60,226 nucleotides of DNA from Clostridia bacterium. GTDB taxonomy: Bacteria; Bacillota; Clostridia; Christensenellales; Borkfalkiaceae. Within the stretch, counting starts at the first letter, position 1. The number at the start of each line of letters is the position of its first letter. The notes beneath the pieces are model-generated. The model was not told the DNA's origin and made no database searches. It was given only the letters and a program-made list of their open reading frames with translations. Shown here piece by piece: positions 35,884 through 44,221 of the stretch. Location of the stretch: positions 1 to 60,226 of the forward strand of contig JAFWAN010000003.1 of the NCBI GenBank assembly GCA_017507585.1, written 5' to 3'. A program made the position numbers and the translations under genes.

Positions 35884-37146
35884 ATGGAAGAACGCAAACG
35901 CGTGATTTTACATTCGGATTTGAATAATTTTTTCGCCTCGGTAGAGATTGTGCGCAATCCCGCTTTGGCGGGAAAGCCGTTGATTGTTTGCGGGGATCCC
36001 AAGGAGCGGCACGGGATTGTGCTTGCCAAAAACGAAGAGGCAAAAAAATACGGGATAAAAACGGCAGAGACGGTATATTCCGCTTTAAGGAAATGTCCCG
36101 ACGTGCAAATGGTCGGGGCGCATATGCACGAATATAAAAAATATTCGCGCAAGGTGGTGGAAATTTACGCACGTTATACGGAGAAGATTGAAGAATGCAG
36201 CATTGACGAGTGCGCTTTGGATATGACAGAAAGCACCTTTCTATTTGGCAACGGTTATGAAATTGCCGAACGCATCCGCAAAGAGGTTAAAGAAGAATTG
36301 GGGTTGACTGTATCGATCGGGGTCAGCTTTAACAAGGTGTTTGCAAAACTCGCGTCCGAGATGAAAAAACCAGATGCGGTTACCGAAATCACGGAAGAAA
36401 ATTATCGGGAGATCGTATGGAAATTGCCCGTCGGCGATTTGCTGTTCGTCGGGAAATCTACTGCGGAAACTTTGGGTAAAATCGGGGTGCGTACTATCGG
36501 CGATTTGGCAAGTGTGGACGAGTCAATTTTGAGCCGTTTTTTAGGGAAACGAGGTAGGCAGTTACGCGTTTACGCCCGCGGAGAGGATCAAGAACCTGTC
36601 AAATTTGAGAAGAAAAAAGAGGATCTGAAATCGGTTGGAAATTCGACCACGCTACCTCGTGATATTACTGATCGAGAGGAGGTAAAGCGTTGGTTTTACG
36701 TGTTGGCGGAAAGCGTATCAGGCCGCCTTCGCGCGGCAGACGTCGGACGCGCAAATACCGTGCATATCGTGGTGCGAAACGAACGATTGGAGGATACTAC
36801 TTGTCAAACAAAGGTGCCGCCTACGATGCTTTGCGGAGATATTGCAAAGGCAGCGTACGAGTTGTTTTGTAAACATTTTCCTCTTGGCGCGCGCGTGCGA
36901 ATGTTGGGGATTACGGTGTCGGGGTTTGATTATCACGTGGAACAAATGAGCTTGGATACCTTTTTGTCGGATGATCGGGCAAATTACGATAAGAAGGCTC
37001 GCGCGGAAAGCACGATCGCAAAGCTGCGTGAAAAATACGGCTATGCCAGCGTGCAGCGCGGTGTAATTTTGGAAGATGAGAGCTTAAACGGCTTGGATAT
37101 CCGAGGGAGAAAAGAGGAAACATCTTCCAAGGAGAATGGAGAATAG
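35884..37146 (+). CDS. dinB: DNA polymerase IV (Y-family)
   Basis: ILHSDLNNFFASVE, SIDECALD and GVSFNKVFAKLAS motifs. GGAGG RBS. Confidence 0.9.
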   Translation: MEERKRVILHSDLNNFFASVEIVRNPALAGKPLIVCGDPKERHGIVLAKNEEAKKYGIKTAETVYSALRKCPDVQMVGAHMHEYKKYSRKVVEIYARYTEKIEECSIDECALDMTESTFLFGNGYEIAERIRKEVKEELGLTVSIGVSFNKVFAKLASEMKKPDAVTEITEENYREIVWKLPVGDLLFVGKSTAETLGKIGVRTIGDLASVDESILSRFLGKRGRQLRVYARGEDQEPVKFEKKKEDLKSVGNSTTLPRDITDREEVKRWFYVLAESVSGRLRAADVGRANTVHIVVRNERLEDTTCQTKVPPTMLCGDIAKAAYELFCKHFPLGARVRMLGITVSGFDYHVEQMSLDTFLSDDRANYDKKARAESTIAKLREKYGYASVQRGVILEDESLNGLDIRGRKEETSSKENGE

Positions 37147-37155
37147 AAAAGAATT

Positions 37156-37184
37156 TTCCGCAGATACTGATGGTATCGGCGGAA
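37156..37184 (+). terminator. Terminator hairpin after dinB
   Basis: TTCCGCAGATAC-TGATG-GTATCGGCGGAA (one mismatch), followed by ATCTAAATTTT. Confidence 0.6.
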
Positions 37185-37208
37185 ATCTAAATTTTCGCTT
37201 ATATATAG

Positions 37209-37248
37209 AAAGGGCTATCGAAAAACCGTTGTTTCTCGATAGCCCTTT
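37209..37248 (-). terminator. Terminator hairpin after the SRP RNA gene
   Basis: AAAGGGCTATCGA-loop-TCGATAGCCCTTT is a 13-bp stem. It lies downstream of the T-run that follows the SRP RNA 3' end on the minus strand. Confidence 0.55.
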
Positions 37249-37257
37249 GTGATAACA

Positions 37258-37532
37258 AAAAACTGCGCGATCCTTTTTTGCCGAATTTTACCGAAGCGGA
37301 AACGCCGCAGGTGACTACTGTAAAGCTACCTTATGGCACACGCAAACTTCCGCTTAGTGCTGCTACATTCCTGTCCTGACACGGTTCACGGCATTACGTT
37401 GCATAAGACCTTACGATCAACGTTCCTTACGACGCGCAAACCTTCCATAAAATCCGTCGAGAAAGGCATTCGGCTCTGCTATAGCGGATTGCAGATACAG
37501 GGTGCCGCTAACTCCCCACCTACGCGCAGCCT
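37258..37532 (-). ncRNA. ffs: Signal recognition particle RNA, long (Bacillus/scRNA) type with Alu-like domain
   Basis: The minus strand reads ...GUCAGGACAGGAAUGUAGCAGCACUAAGCGGAAGUUUGCGUGUGCCAUAAGGUAGCU..., matching the conserved domain IV of 4.5S/SRP RNA (GUCAGG, GGAA tetraloop closed by ACA/UGU, AGCAGC, GCGUGUGCC...GUAGCU). The 5' GGCUGCGCG pairs with the 3' CGCGCAGUU. The 5' domain GGGGAGUUAGCGGCACCCUGUA resembles Alu-domain sequences of Firmicutes. End coordinates are +/-5 nt. Confidence 0.8.
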
Positions 37533-37536
37533 AATT

Positions 37537-37565
37537 ATTATACAACATTTTGAAAGGGAAAGCAA
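37537..37565 (-). promoter_or_regulatory. SigA-type promoter (TTGCTT-17 nt-TATAAT) for the SRP RNA
   Basis: On the minus strand the -35 is at 37560-37565 and the -10 at 37537-37542. This places the transcription start near 37531. Confidence 0.55.
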
Positions 37566-37658
37566 CTAATTTTGCCTCCTTTTTCACGTCCTTTAATGAA
37601 AGGTGGGAGAAGATTTTGTCAAAATTGGACGTAATTATATATTTTGAGCGACAATACC

Positions 37659-37687
37659 TTGACAGTTTTTGTGAAAATGGGTATAAT
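37659..37687 (+). promoter_or_regulatory. Consensus SigA promoter (TTGACA-17 nt-TATAAT)
   Basis: Both hexamers are perfect, at 37659-37664 and 37682-37687. AAAGGAG RBS and the ATG at 37714 follow. Confidence 0.7.
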
Positions 37688-37713
37688 AATAAAGATAATA
37701 AAGGAGAAAAATT

Positions 37714-38547
37714 ATGTCTGAGAATTGTACACACGATTGTTCCAGCTGCTCGTCTAATTGCGCTTCACGCAAAAAAGAGAGCTTTTTAAAAGAACCTCAT
37801 AAAAACGCATCGATTAAAAAAGTGATTGCCGTTGTCAGCGGTAAAGGTGGGGTCGGGAAATCTCTCACCACGTCCCTGCTTGCCTCTTTTGCGCAGAAAA
37901 AGGGGATGTCGGTTGGGATTATGGACGCCGATATTACGGGTCCTTCCATCCCCAAAATGTTTGGGGTTACCGATCACGCAACCGGCAGCGAAGAGGGGAT
38001 CGATACCGTGCTCTCTCCCTCGGGGATGCAGCTGATGTCTATGAATTTGCTTTTGGATGACGAAACTTCGCCTGTGATTTGGCGCGGAATGGTGATTTCC
38101 GGCACGGTAATGCAGTTTTGGACCGACGTGGTTTGGAAGGATTTGGATTTGCTGTTTATCGATATGCCCCCCGGAACGGGCGACGTCCCTTTGACTGTTT
38201 TCCAAAGTATTCCCATTGCGGGGATCGTCATTGTAACGACGCCGCAGGATTTGGTGAAAATGGTCGTGGAAAAAGCAGTCAATATGGCGAGAATCATGAA
38301 TATTCCCGTGCTTGGCTTGGTTGAAAATATGAGTTATCTTTCCTGCCCTGATTGCGGCAAGAAAATAGAGGTATTCGGCGCAAGCAAAGCAAAGTCGATT
38401 GCGGCGGAATATGGCATTCCTGCGGTGGCGCGTATGCCTTTGGATCCTGCTATTTCAAGCTTGGCTGACGCGGGTCGGATTGAAGATTATGACGGCAGCG
38501 CGCTTGACGAAGTGTTTGCGCAGATTGAAAAGGCAGAAAGAAAATAA
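37714..38547 (+). CDS. mrp: Mrp/NBP35 (ApbC) family Fe-S cluster carrier ATPase
   Basis: Deviant Walker A in VVSGKGGVGKS, a CPDCG motif, and an N-terminal Cys cluster CTHDCSSCSSNC. Confidence 0.85.
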   Translation: MSENCTHDCSSCSSNCASRKKESFLKEPHKNASIKKVIAVVSGKGGVGKSLTTSLLASFAQKKGMSVGIMDADITGPSIPKMFGVTDHATGSEEGIDTVLSPSGMQLMSMNLLLDDETSPVIWRGMVISGTVMQFWTDVVWKDLDLLFIDMPPGTGDVPLTVFQSIPIAGIVIVTTPQDLVKMVVEKAVNMARIMNIPVLGLVENMSYLSCPDCGKKIEVFGASKAKSIAAEYGIPAVARMPLDPAISSLADAGRIEDYDGSALDEVFAQIEKAERK

Positions 38548-38568
38548 ATAAATTTTTACAAAAGAAGT

Positions 38569-39558
38569 ATGGGTTATCGCGCGGAAAAGAATAAAATTGA
38601 AAAGAAAATACGGATCATACGCATCATCGCGCTGTGCATAGCGTTTTTCGTGGTGGCGGGCTTATGCGTATTTTCGGCTTTCGTTCCGCCGAAGACATGG
38701 AAATATTACGTTGCGAAGCCAAAGCTTGACGAGAGGGGAGACGGCGAACTGCGTATCCATTTTATAGACGTAGGGCAAGGAGATGCAACGCTGATTGAAT
38801 TGCCGGACGGAAAGGTGGCGCTCCTTGACGGTGGCGACACGTATGAGACCACGGCAACCGCCATTTTGCGTTATCTAAACGCCTTGGATATAGACGTGAT
38901 CGATTATCTTTTTGTCAGTCATACCGACAGTGATCATTGCGGTTCTTTGGCGACTGTTTTACAGCATAAAACGATACTCAACGCATACCTGCCTGCCGCA
39001 AATTTGAAATATGTCTCCACTGCATACGCGGAATTTTATGAGACTATGCTTGAAGAAGAATGCCATTATGAATATGCGATGCGGGGGTTGACCCTAAAAG
39101 AAGAAACGGCGGCGTATGCCTTATCTTTTGTGTATCCTTACTCGGTTGACGCAGAAGCAAATATGCGATCGGATGGGACGGATTCTTCGGTTTTATGGTT
39201 AGATTATAAGGGCGTCAACGCTTTATTTATGGCAGACGCCGATATGGACGTAGAGGAAAAATTGATGCGAGACGATCGTTTGGGCGCCTTGCGCGATATT
39301 GATTTAACGGATACGGAAATTTTGAAGGTTGGACATCACGGCAGTAAATATTCGACCTCGTTACCATTTTTACAATATTGTGGAATCGAGTGGGGCGTTA
39401 TCTCTTGTGGGAAGAACAATCCGTACGGACATCCGACTCAAGAGGTTTTATCCGCTTTATCGACGGCGGGGGTACAATATGCGCGCACAGATTTGGATGG
39501 GTCGGTCGTTTTTACGATTGACGCCAATGGCAAAATCCTGCGCTCTTTTGTTGAATAG
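38569..39558 (+). CDS. MBL-fold metallo-hydrolase of the ComEC/Rec2 C-terminal-domain type, with one N-terminal TM helix
   Basis: HFIDVGQGDATLIELPDGK, SHTDSDHCG, KVGHHGS and NPYGHP motifs. TM helix IIRIIALCIAFFVVAGLCVF. Confidence 0.75.
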   Translation: MGYRAEKNKIEKKIRIIRIIALCIAFFVVAGLCVFSAFVPPKTWKYYVAKPKLDERGDGELRIHFIDVGQGDATLIELPDGKVALLDGGDTYETTATAILRYLNALDIDVIDYLFVSHTDSDHCGSLATVLQHKTILNAYLPAANLKYVSTAYAEFYETMLEEECHYEYAMRGLTLKEETAAYALSFVYPYSVDAEANMRSDGTDSSVLWLDYKGVNALFMADADMDVEEKLMRDDRLGALRDIDLTDTEILKVGHHGSKYSTSLPFLQYCGIEWGVISCGKNNPYGHPTQEVLSALSTAGVQYARTDLDGSVVFTIDANGKILRSFVE

Positions 39559-39588
39559 CCATACCAGGTACGAGATGAAGTGTATTTT

Positions 39589-39626
39589 AAGAGGTTTTCT
39601 CGAAAAGAAAACCTCTTTAATTTATT
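39589..39626 (+). terminator. Rho-independent terminator
   Basis: AAGAGGTTTTCT-CGAA-AGAAAACCTCTT followed by TAATTTATT. Confidence 0.7.
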
Positions 39627-39686
39627 GTTTTATAGAAAAGAAAATAACTTTTCTGCGGAATAACACACTTTTTCACCTTATTTTCA

Positions 39687-39715
39687 TTGTAAAATGTAAA
39701 AAAATTTGCTATAAT
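39687..39715 (+). promoter_or_regulatory. SigA-type promoter (TTGTAA-17 nt-TATAAT) upstream of the ECF genes
   Basis: -35 at 39687-39692 and -10 at 39710-39715. The 5' UTR contains a GAAGGAAC-ATA-GTTCCTTC hairpin. Confidence 0.5.
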
Positions 39716-39769
39716 AGTAAAGAAATAACAGTATAGGGGAAGGAACATAGTTCCTTCAATTAGCAAATT

Positions 39770-41677
39770 ATGAAAGCGATCGAGTTTGAAAACGTATATT
39801 TTTCCTATGATATGGAGGAGAATGAAAGCGGCGGAGATATTTTTTCTTCGGACGAAAATTTTGCGCTTCGCGGCGTTAATTTTTCCGTGGAAGAAGGAGA
39901 ATTTGTCGCGGTTTTAGGGCATAACGGCAGCGGGAAATCAACGTTGGCGCGCCTTACCAATGGATTGCTTTCGCCTATATCGGGTAAAATCACCGTGTTC
40001 GGCTTGGATGTGTCTGATGATAAAGCCTTATTCGATATCCGCAAGCAAGTTGGGATTGTCTTTCAAAATCCAGACAATCAAACGATTGCCTCCATTGTAG
40101 AGGACGACATTGCATTTGGACCGGAAAACATCGGCGTGGAGCGTGAGGAAATCGGGCAACGCATTGATTTTGCGTTGAATGCAGTAGGGATGAGGGATTT
40201 TCGCTATGCGACACCCGCACGCCTTTCTGGGGGACAAAAGCAGCGTATTGCGATTGCGGGGGTTTTGGCTTTAAAGCCGCGCGTTATGATTTTGGACGAA
40301 GCGACGGCAATGTTGGACCCTCGTGGCAGGAAAGAAGTTATGGACGTGGTCTTGCGTTTGAATCGCGAAGAAAATATCACGGTGATTTTAATAACGCATT
40401 TTCCCGAAGAGGCGTTGCTTGCTGACCGCGCGGTGGTAATGCAGCACGGACAGATCGTTATGCAGGGCAAGCCTGAAGAGGTGTTTCAAAAGGAAAACGA
40501 TTTAAAAAAATATTCGCTGTTGTTGCCCCATTCGATTGATATCTGCCATCGTTTGTCTTTGGCAGGGCTTCCCGTTATGGACAGTATGGACGCGGAAACG
40601 GTCGCGGAAAATATCGTACAAGCCGTAAAAGGTGTGGACCAATCCGCCTTAAATATCCCCAAAATACAGGGGGCAGGTACGCGTTTATTTAATTCTAATG
40701 TGGATGAAAACACGGACGTTGGACGGGTTTATTGCGAAAACCTTACGTACGTTTACAATGCAAAATCTCCCTTTGCGACGTATGCGTTGCAAGGGGTCGA
40801 TTTAGAAATAAAATCAGGAGAATTTTTTGGAATTATAGGCCATACGGGCAGTGGAAAATCCACCTTCGTGCAGCATCTGAATGCTTTATTAAAGGTGCCT
40901 ACGGCGGAGAAAAAATATAAGGCGAAAAAACCCAAAAAGGGGCAAATCCCAGTGCCCCAAACGCTGCTCTCGGTCAATGGATACGATTTGACGGATAAGA
41001 GAACGAACTTTTTAGAATTGCGCAGCAAGGTTGGGATGGTTTTTCAGTATCCCGAATATCAGCTGTTTGCAGAAACGGTATTTGAGGACGTTGCGTTCGG
41101 TTTGAAAAATTTCCGAAAAGACGTTCAAGACGCCGAGGTAAAACAAGCGGTGCGTGAGGCGTTGGAAACGGTGGGCTTAGATTATGAAGCGCTCAAAGAC
41201 CGTTCGCCATTCGAATTGTCAGGCGGGCAAAAACGTCGTGTGGCGATTGCAGGCGTGATTGTAACGAAGCCTGAAATTTTGGTGTTGGACGAGCCTGCAG
41301 CCGGTTTAGATCCATTGGGGAAGGAAGAGATTATGACGCTGCTGCATAAAATCCACGCGGATTGGTGCAAGACGGTCATTATCGTTTCCCACGATATGGA
41401 TGAGATTGCAGAAAATTGTACCCGCGCGGCAATTTTTTTGGACGGAAAAGTGCTTGCGGTATCACAACCCAAAACGCTGTTTGCGGATAGAAACGCTTTG
41501 GCGGAAAGAGGTTTAGACGTGCCGTTCGTGGCAAAAGTCACCGCTAGGCTGGCAGAGAAAAATATGGTAATTGAAAACGATTTTACCGTCCATGATTTTG
41601 TGCAGAAGCTATTAGAATATGTAAAAACGAAGGGGGCAGGTACGGATTTAACCTTCGAAGGAGGCAAGCATGCGTGA
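39770..41677 (+). CDS. ecfA: Fused energy-coupling-factor transporter ATPase (EcfA1-EcfA2 in one 635-aa polypeptide)
   Basis: There are two complete ABC cassettes. The first has GHNGSGKST / LSGGQKQR / ILDEAT. The second has GHTGSGKST / LSGGQKRR / VLDEPAAGLD. Each is followed by an EcfA-type C-terminal region, and they are joined by a ~45-aa linker. ecfT and truA follow. Confidence 0.85.
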   Translation: MKAIEFENVYFSYDMEENESGGDIFSSDENFALRGVNFSVEEGEFVAVLGHNGSGKSTLARLTNGLLSPISGKITVFGLDVSDDKALFDIRKQVGIVFQNPDNQTIASIVEDDIAFGPENIGVEREEIGQRIDFALNAVGMRDFRYATPARLSGGQKQRIAIAGVLALKPRVMILDEATAMLDPRGRKEVMDVVLRLNREENITVILITHFPEEALLADRAVVMQHGQIVMQGKPEEVFQKENDLKKYSLLLPHSIDICHRLSLAGLPVMDSMDAETVAENIVQAVKGVDQSALNIPKIQGAGTRLFNSNVDENTDVGRVYCENLTYVYNAKSPFATYALQGVDLEIKSGEFFGIIGHTGSGKSTFVQHLNALLKVPTAEKKYKAKKPKKGQIPVPQTLLSVNGYDLTDKRTNFLELRSKVGMVFQYPEYQLFAETVFEDVAFGLKNFRKDVQDAEVKQAVREALETVGLDYEALKDRSPFELSGGQKRRVAIAGVIVTKPEILVLDEPAAGLDPLGKEEIMTLLHKIHADWCKTVIIVSHDMDEIAENCTRAAIFLDGKVLAVSQPKTLFADRNALAERGLDVPFVAKVTARLAEKNMVIENDFTVHDFVQKLLEYVKTKGAGTDLTFEGGKHA

Positions 41678-42482
41678 GGTTTCCTTTGGACAGTATTATC
41701 CCACGAAGTCGTTTGTGCATCGGTGTGATCCCCGTGCGAAAATCTTATTTTTAATCGTATACATCGTCGCGATTTTTTTAAGCAAAAATTTCTATGCGAT
41801 TGGTGCGTGCGCGGCGTTGTTTGCCGTGGTGGCAATTTTTTCGGGTGTACCTTTTTCCTCGCTACTGCGTTCGGTAAAAGCCGTTTTGTTTTTACTGATA
41901 TTTATGACCGTTTTAAATCTTTTCTTCTTCCAAGGAGAAACGGTTTGGTGGCAATGGAGGTTTATCGTCGTTACCAAAGAGGCGGTGTATTATACTATTT
42001 TCCTTGCCGCAAGATTATTTTTGTTGGTATTGAGTTCGTCTTTGTTGACCTTAACAACCACGCCCGTATCGTTGGCTGACGGTATCGAAAGTCTGTTATC
42101 GCCGCTAAAAGTCATTCGTTTCCCCGTACACGAATTGGCATTGATTATGTCGATTGCGTTGCGCTTTATCCCTATTTTAACGGATGAAACGGGACGAATT
42201 ATGAATGCGCAATAGGCGCGCGGCGCCGACTTTGAAACGGGCAGCTTGACAAAGCGTGTAAAGGCGATTATTCCCATTTTAATTCCACTTTTGATCAGCG
42301 CGTTCCGCCGCGCGGACGAGTTAGGGGACGCTATGGAAGCACGTTGTTATTCAGGCAGTAAAGTGCGTACGAAATATAAAAAATTGACCTTTGGTTGGCG
42401 GGACGTGATTGCCTTTTTGGCGGTTGCGTTCTTATTGGCGGGCGTAATCTTATTGCGGATCTACACTGCGGCGTTAATTTAA
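41670..42482 (+). pseudogene. ecfT: ECF transporter T component interrupted by one in-frame TAG (42213-42215)
   Basis: ORFs 41670-42215 and 42246-42482 are in the same frame. Reading through the TAG gives ...[51 protein letters not shown], the conserved EcfT motif block. The summed length of ~270 aa equals a normal EcfT. The ATG overlaps the ecfA stop by 8 nt, and a GAAGGAGG RBS is present. Confidence 0.8.
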
Positions 42483-42502
42483 GGAAACAAGGGGAGGACA
42501 AT

Positions 42503-43255
42503 ATGCGTTACGTGATGAAAATTGCATACGACGGAACTGCGTACGCAGGGTGGCAACGCCAGAAAAACGCTATGTCCGTGCAGGAATCGTTGGAAAACGC
42601 CATTTTACAAGCGTTTGGTATAGATGCGCGCGTGACGGCGAGCGGTCGTACAGATGCGGGTGTACACGCCTTGGGGCAGGTTTGTCATTTTGACAGCGAC
42701 GTCCTTACGATTCCTCCTGAAAAGGTGCCCGACGCCGTCAATCGATTTCTTTCGTCGGACATTCGGATTGTGGAAGGATGGGGCGCGGATGTAAATTTTG
42801 ACAGTAACCGCAGCGCAAAAAGAAAGACCTATTGCTACTCGTTATACGAAGCTGCTCGGGAAATGCCTTTAAAAGAACGCTTTGCCGTGCGCGTGGAAGA
42901 ATTGCCTTCGTTAGAGGATTTACGCAAGGCAGCGAGGTGGTTTGAAGGGGAACACGATTTCAAGGCGTTTTGCGCGTCGGGCTCCTCGGTAAAGACAACC
43001 GTGCGTACCGTGTACGAGGTGAAAGTGACGGAAACGGAGACCTTTGGGTCGCGCGACGTGAAAATTTTCGTCACGGGTAACGGTTTTTTATACAATATGG
43101 TGCGTACGATGACGGGGGAATTGCTTGACCTCGCGGCAGGGAAAAGAACGAAGGAAAGCTTGCAAAAAGCCTTTGAAACGGGGGAACGCGCTTTGCTTGG
43201 CAAAACGATGCCGGCGAAGGGACTACTTCTTGTAGACGTACAATATCAATCGTAA
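42503..43255 (+). CDS. truA: tRNA pseudouridine(38-40) synthase
   Basis: MRYVMKIAYDGTAYAGWQRQ and GRTDAGVHALGQV (catalytic Asp motif). GGGGAGG RBS. The position downstream of ecfT is the classic one. Confidence 0.9.
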   Translation: MRYVMKIAYDGTAYAGWQRQKNAMSVQESLENAILQAFGIDARVTASGRTDAGVHALGQVCHFDSDVLTIPPEKVPDAVNRFLSSDIRIVEGWGADVNFDSNRSAKRKTYCYSLYEAAREMPLKERFAVRVEELPSLEDLRKAARWFEGEHDFKAFCASGSSVKTTVRTVYEVKVTETETFGSRDVKIFVTGNGFLYNMVRTMTGELLDLAAGKRTKESLQKAFETGERALLGKTMPAKGLLLVDVQYQS

Positions 43256-43289
43256 AAAATGATACGGTAAACCGTATAAAGGAAGAAAT

Positions 43290-44159
43290 ATGGAAATTTA
43301 TAATTTTTATCAAGCGGCAATGTTCACTGCAAGTTTGGTGGCGGATAAATACGTAAACGTGTTTATCATTAGCGATGCGATTGCCTTAGCGCTTTGGTCT
43401 GCGTTTTTTATCCTGCAAGGATTTGGCATCTATACAATGGCGAAAAGAGCAGGGTTAAAAAAGAGGGGATTGGCATTTGTACCCTTCGTCAATATTTGGT
43501 ATATCGGTAAGCTTGCGGGGGAGTGTAATTTCTTTGGCCAACGTATGAAGAGGGCGAGCATGTACGCGATGATTGCACAAATCTTGGCAACGCTCTTGTG
43601 TATATTGAGCATTGCGTCCGAGCAATATTTATTTGCGATCCACAAGATGCGCGGACTTGATTTTGCGTTAACAGAACTGGGCTTTTCTTGGAGTGGATCT
43701 TTGGTGGGATTTGATCTTTTCGTATTGAAATTTTATGAAATAAGCGGGTATGTCTTGCCGATTTTCCAACTGTTCTTCGAGATTTTCATCGTGGTTTTGA
43801 TGATGGCTTTGTGCAAGAAGTACGCACCGAAGAATTATATGATTTTGGGTATTCTGGTATTGTTTGTTCCCGTATCCCGTTTTATCATTATTTTTGTACT
43901 TCGCAACCGTCAGCCCATTGATTACGACGCTTATATGCGCGCTCGTCACGAGGCTTATATGCGCGCGCAGCAACAGTATTACAATCAACAAAATCCTTAT
44001 GGAAACGGATACGGAGGACAGTATAATCCTTACGGACAAAATCCTTCTAACGCGCAAAATCCGGAGGATCCGTTTAAAGAATTTTCTTCTGAGGAAAGCT
44101 CGGCGTCGGAAGATCCTTTCTCGGATATGAACGGTGGATCGGATGATATTTTCAGTTAA
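43290..44159 (+). CDS. Polytopic membrane protein of unknown function with Q/N/Y/G-rich and acidic C-terminal tail
   Basis: Several hydrophobic helices are followed by DYDAYMRARHEAYMRAQQQYYNQQNPYGNGYGGQYNPYGQNPSNAQNPEDPF... Confidence 0.7.
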   Translation: MEIYNFYQAAMFTASLVADKYVNVFIISDAIALALWSAFFILQGFGIYTMAKRAGLKKRGLAFVPFVNIWYIGKLAGECNFFGQRMKRASMYAMIAQILATLLCILSIASEQYLFAIHKMRGLDFALTELGFSWSGSLVGFDLFVLKFYEISGYVLPIFQLFFEIFIVVLMMALCKKYAPKNYMILGILVLFVPVSRFIIIFVLRNRQPIDYDAYMRARHEAYMRAQQQYYNQQNPYGNGYGGQYNPYGQNPSNAQNPEDPFKEFSSEESSASEDPFSDMNGGSDDIFS

Positions 44160-44176
44160 CAACCTACGATAAATGT

Positions 44177-44211
44177 AAAAAAGCCCCGCATCGTGATGCG
44201 GGGCTTTTTTT
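44177..44211. terminator. Bidirectional rho-independent terminator between convergent genes
   Basis: AAAAAAGCCCCGCATC-GTG-ATGCGGGGCTTTTTTT has A-run and T-run flanks on both sides. Confidence 0.8.
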
Positions 44212-44221
44212 ATATGCCGTT

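Noticed and set aside
37333-37789. ORFs 37333-37569 (78 aa), 37531-37734 (67 aa, minus) and 37550-37789 (79 aa) in the dinB-mrp gap
   Set aside because: They overlap the SRP RNA gene, its promoter, or the consensus mrp promoter. They have no RBS and give implausible products.
39329-39736. 135-aa ORF overlapping the end of the ComEC-type gene and the downstream intergenic region
   Set aside because: It runs out of frame through the 3' end of a supported gene, then across a terminator hairpin and a promoter. The product is AT-rich-codon low complexity.
42213-42215. TAG in ecfT as evidence for pyrrolysine or a reassigned stop codon
   Set aside because: TAG terminates at least five other well-delimited genes in the window. 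No pyl genes or methylamine methyltransferases are seen. EcfT homologs have an ordinary residue at this position, so an error, a nonsense mutation or local read-through is more likely.
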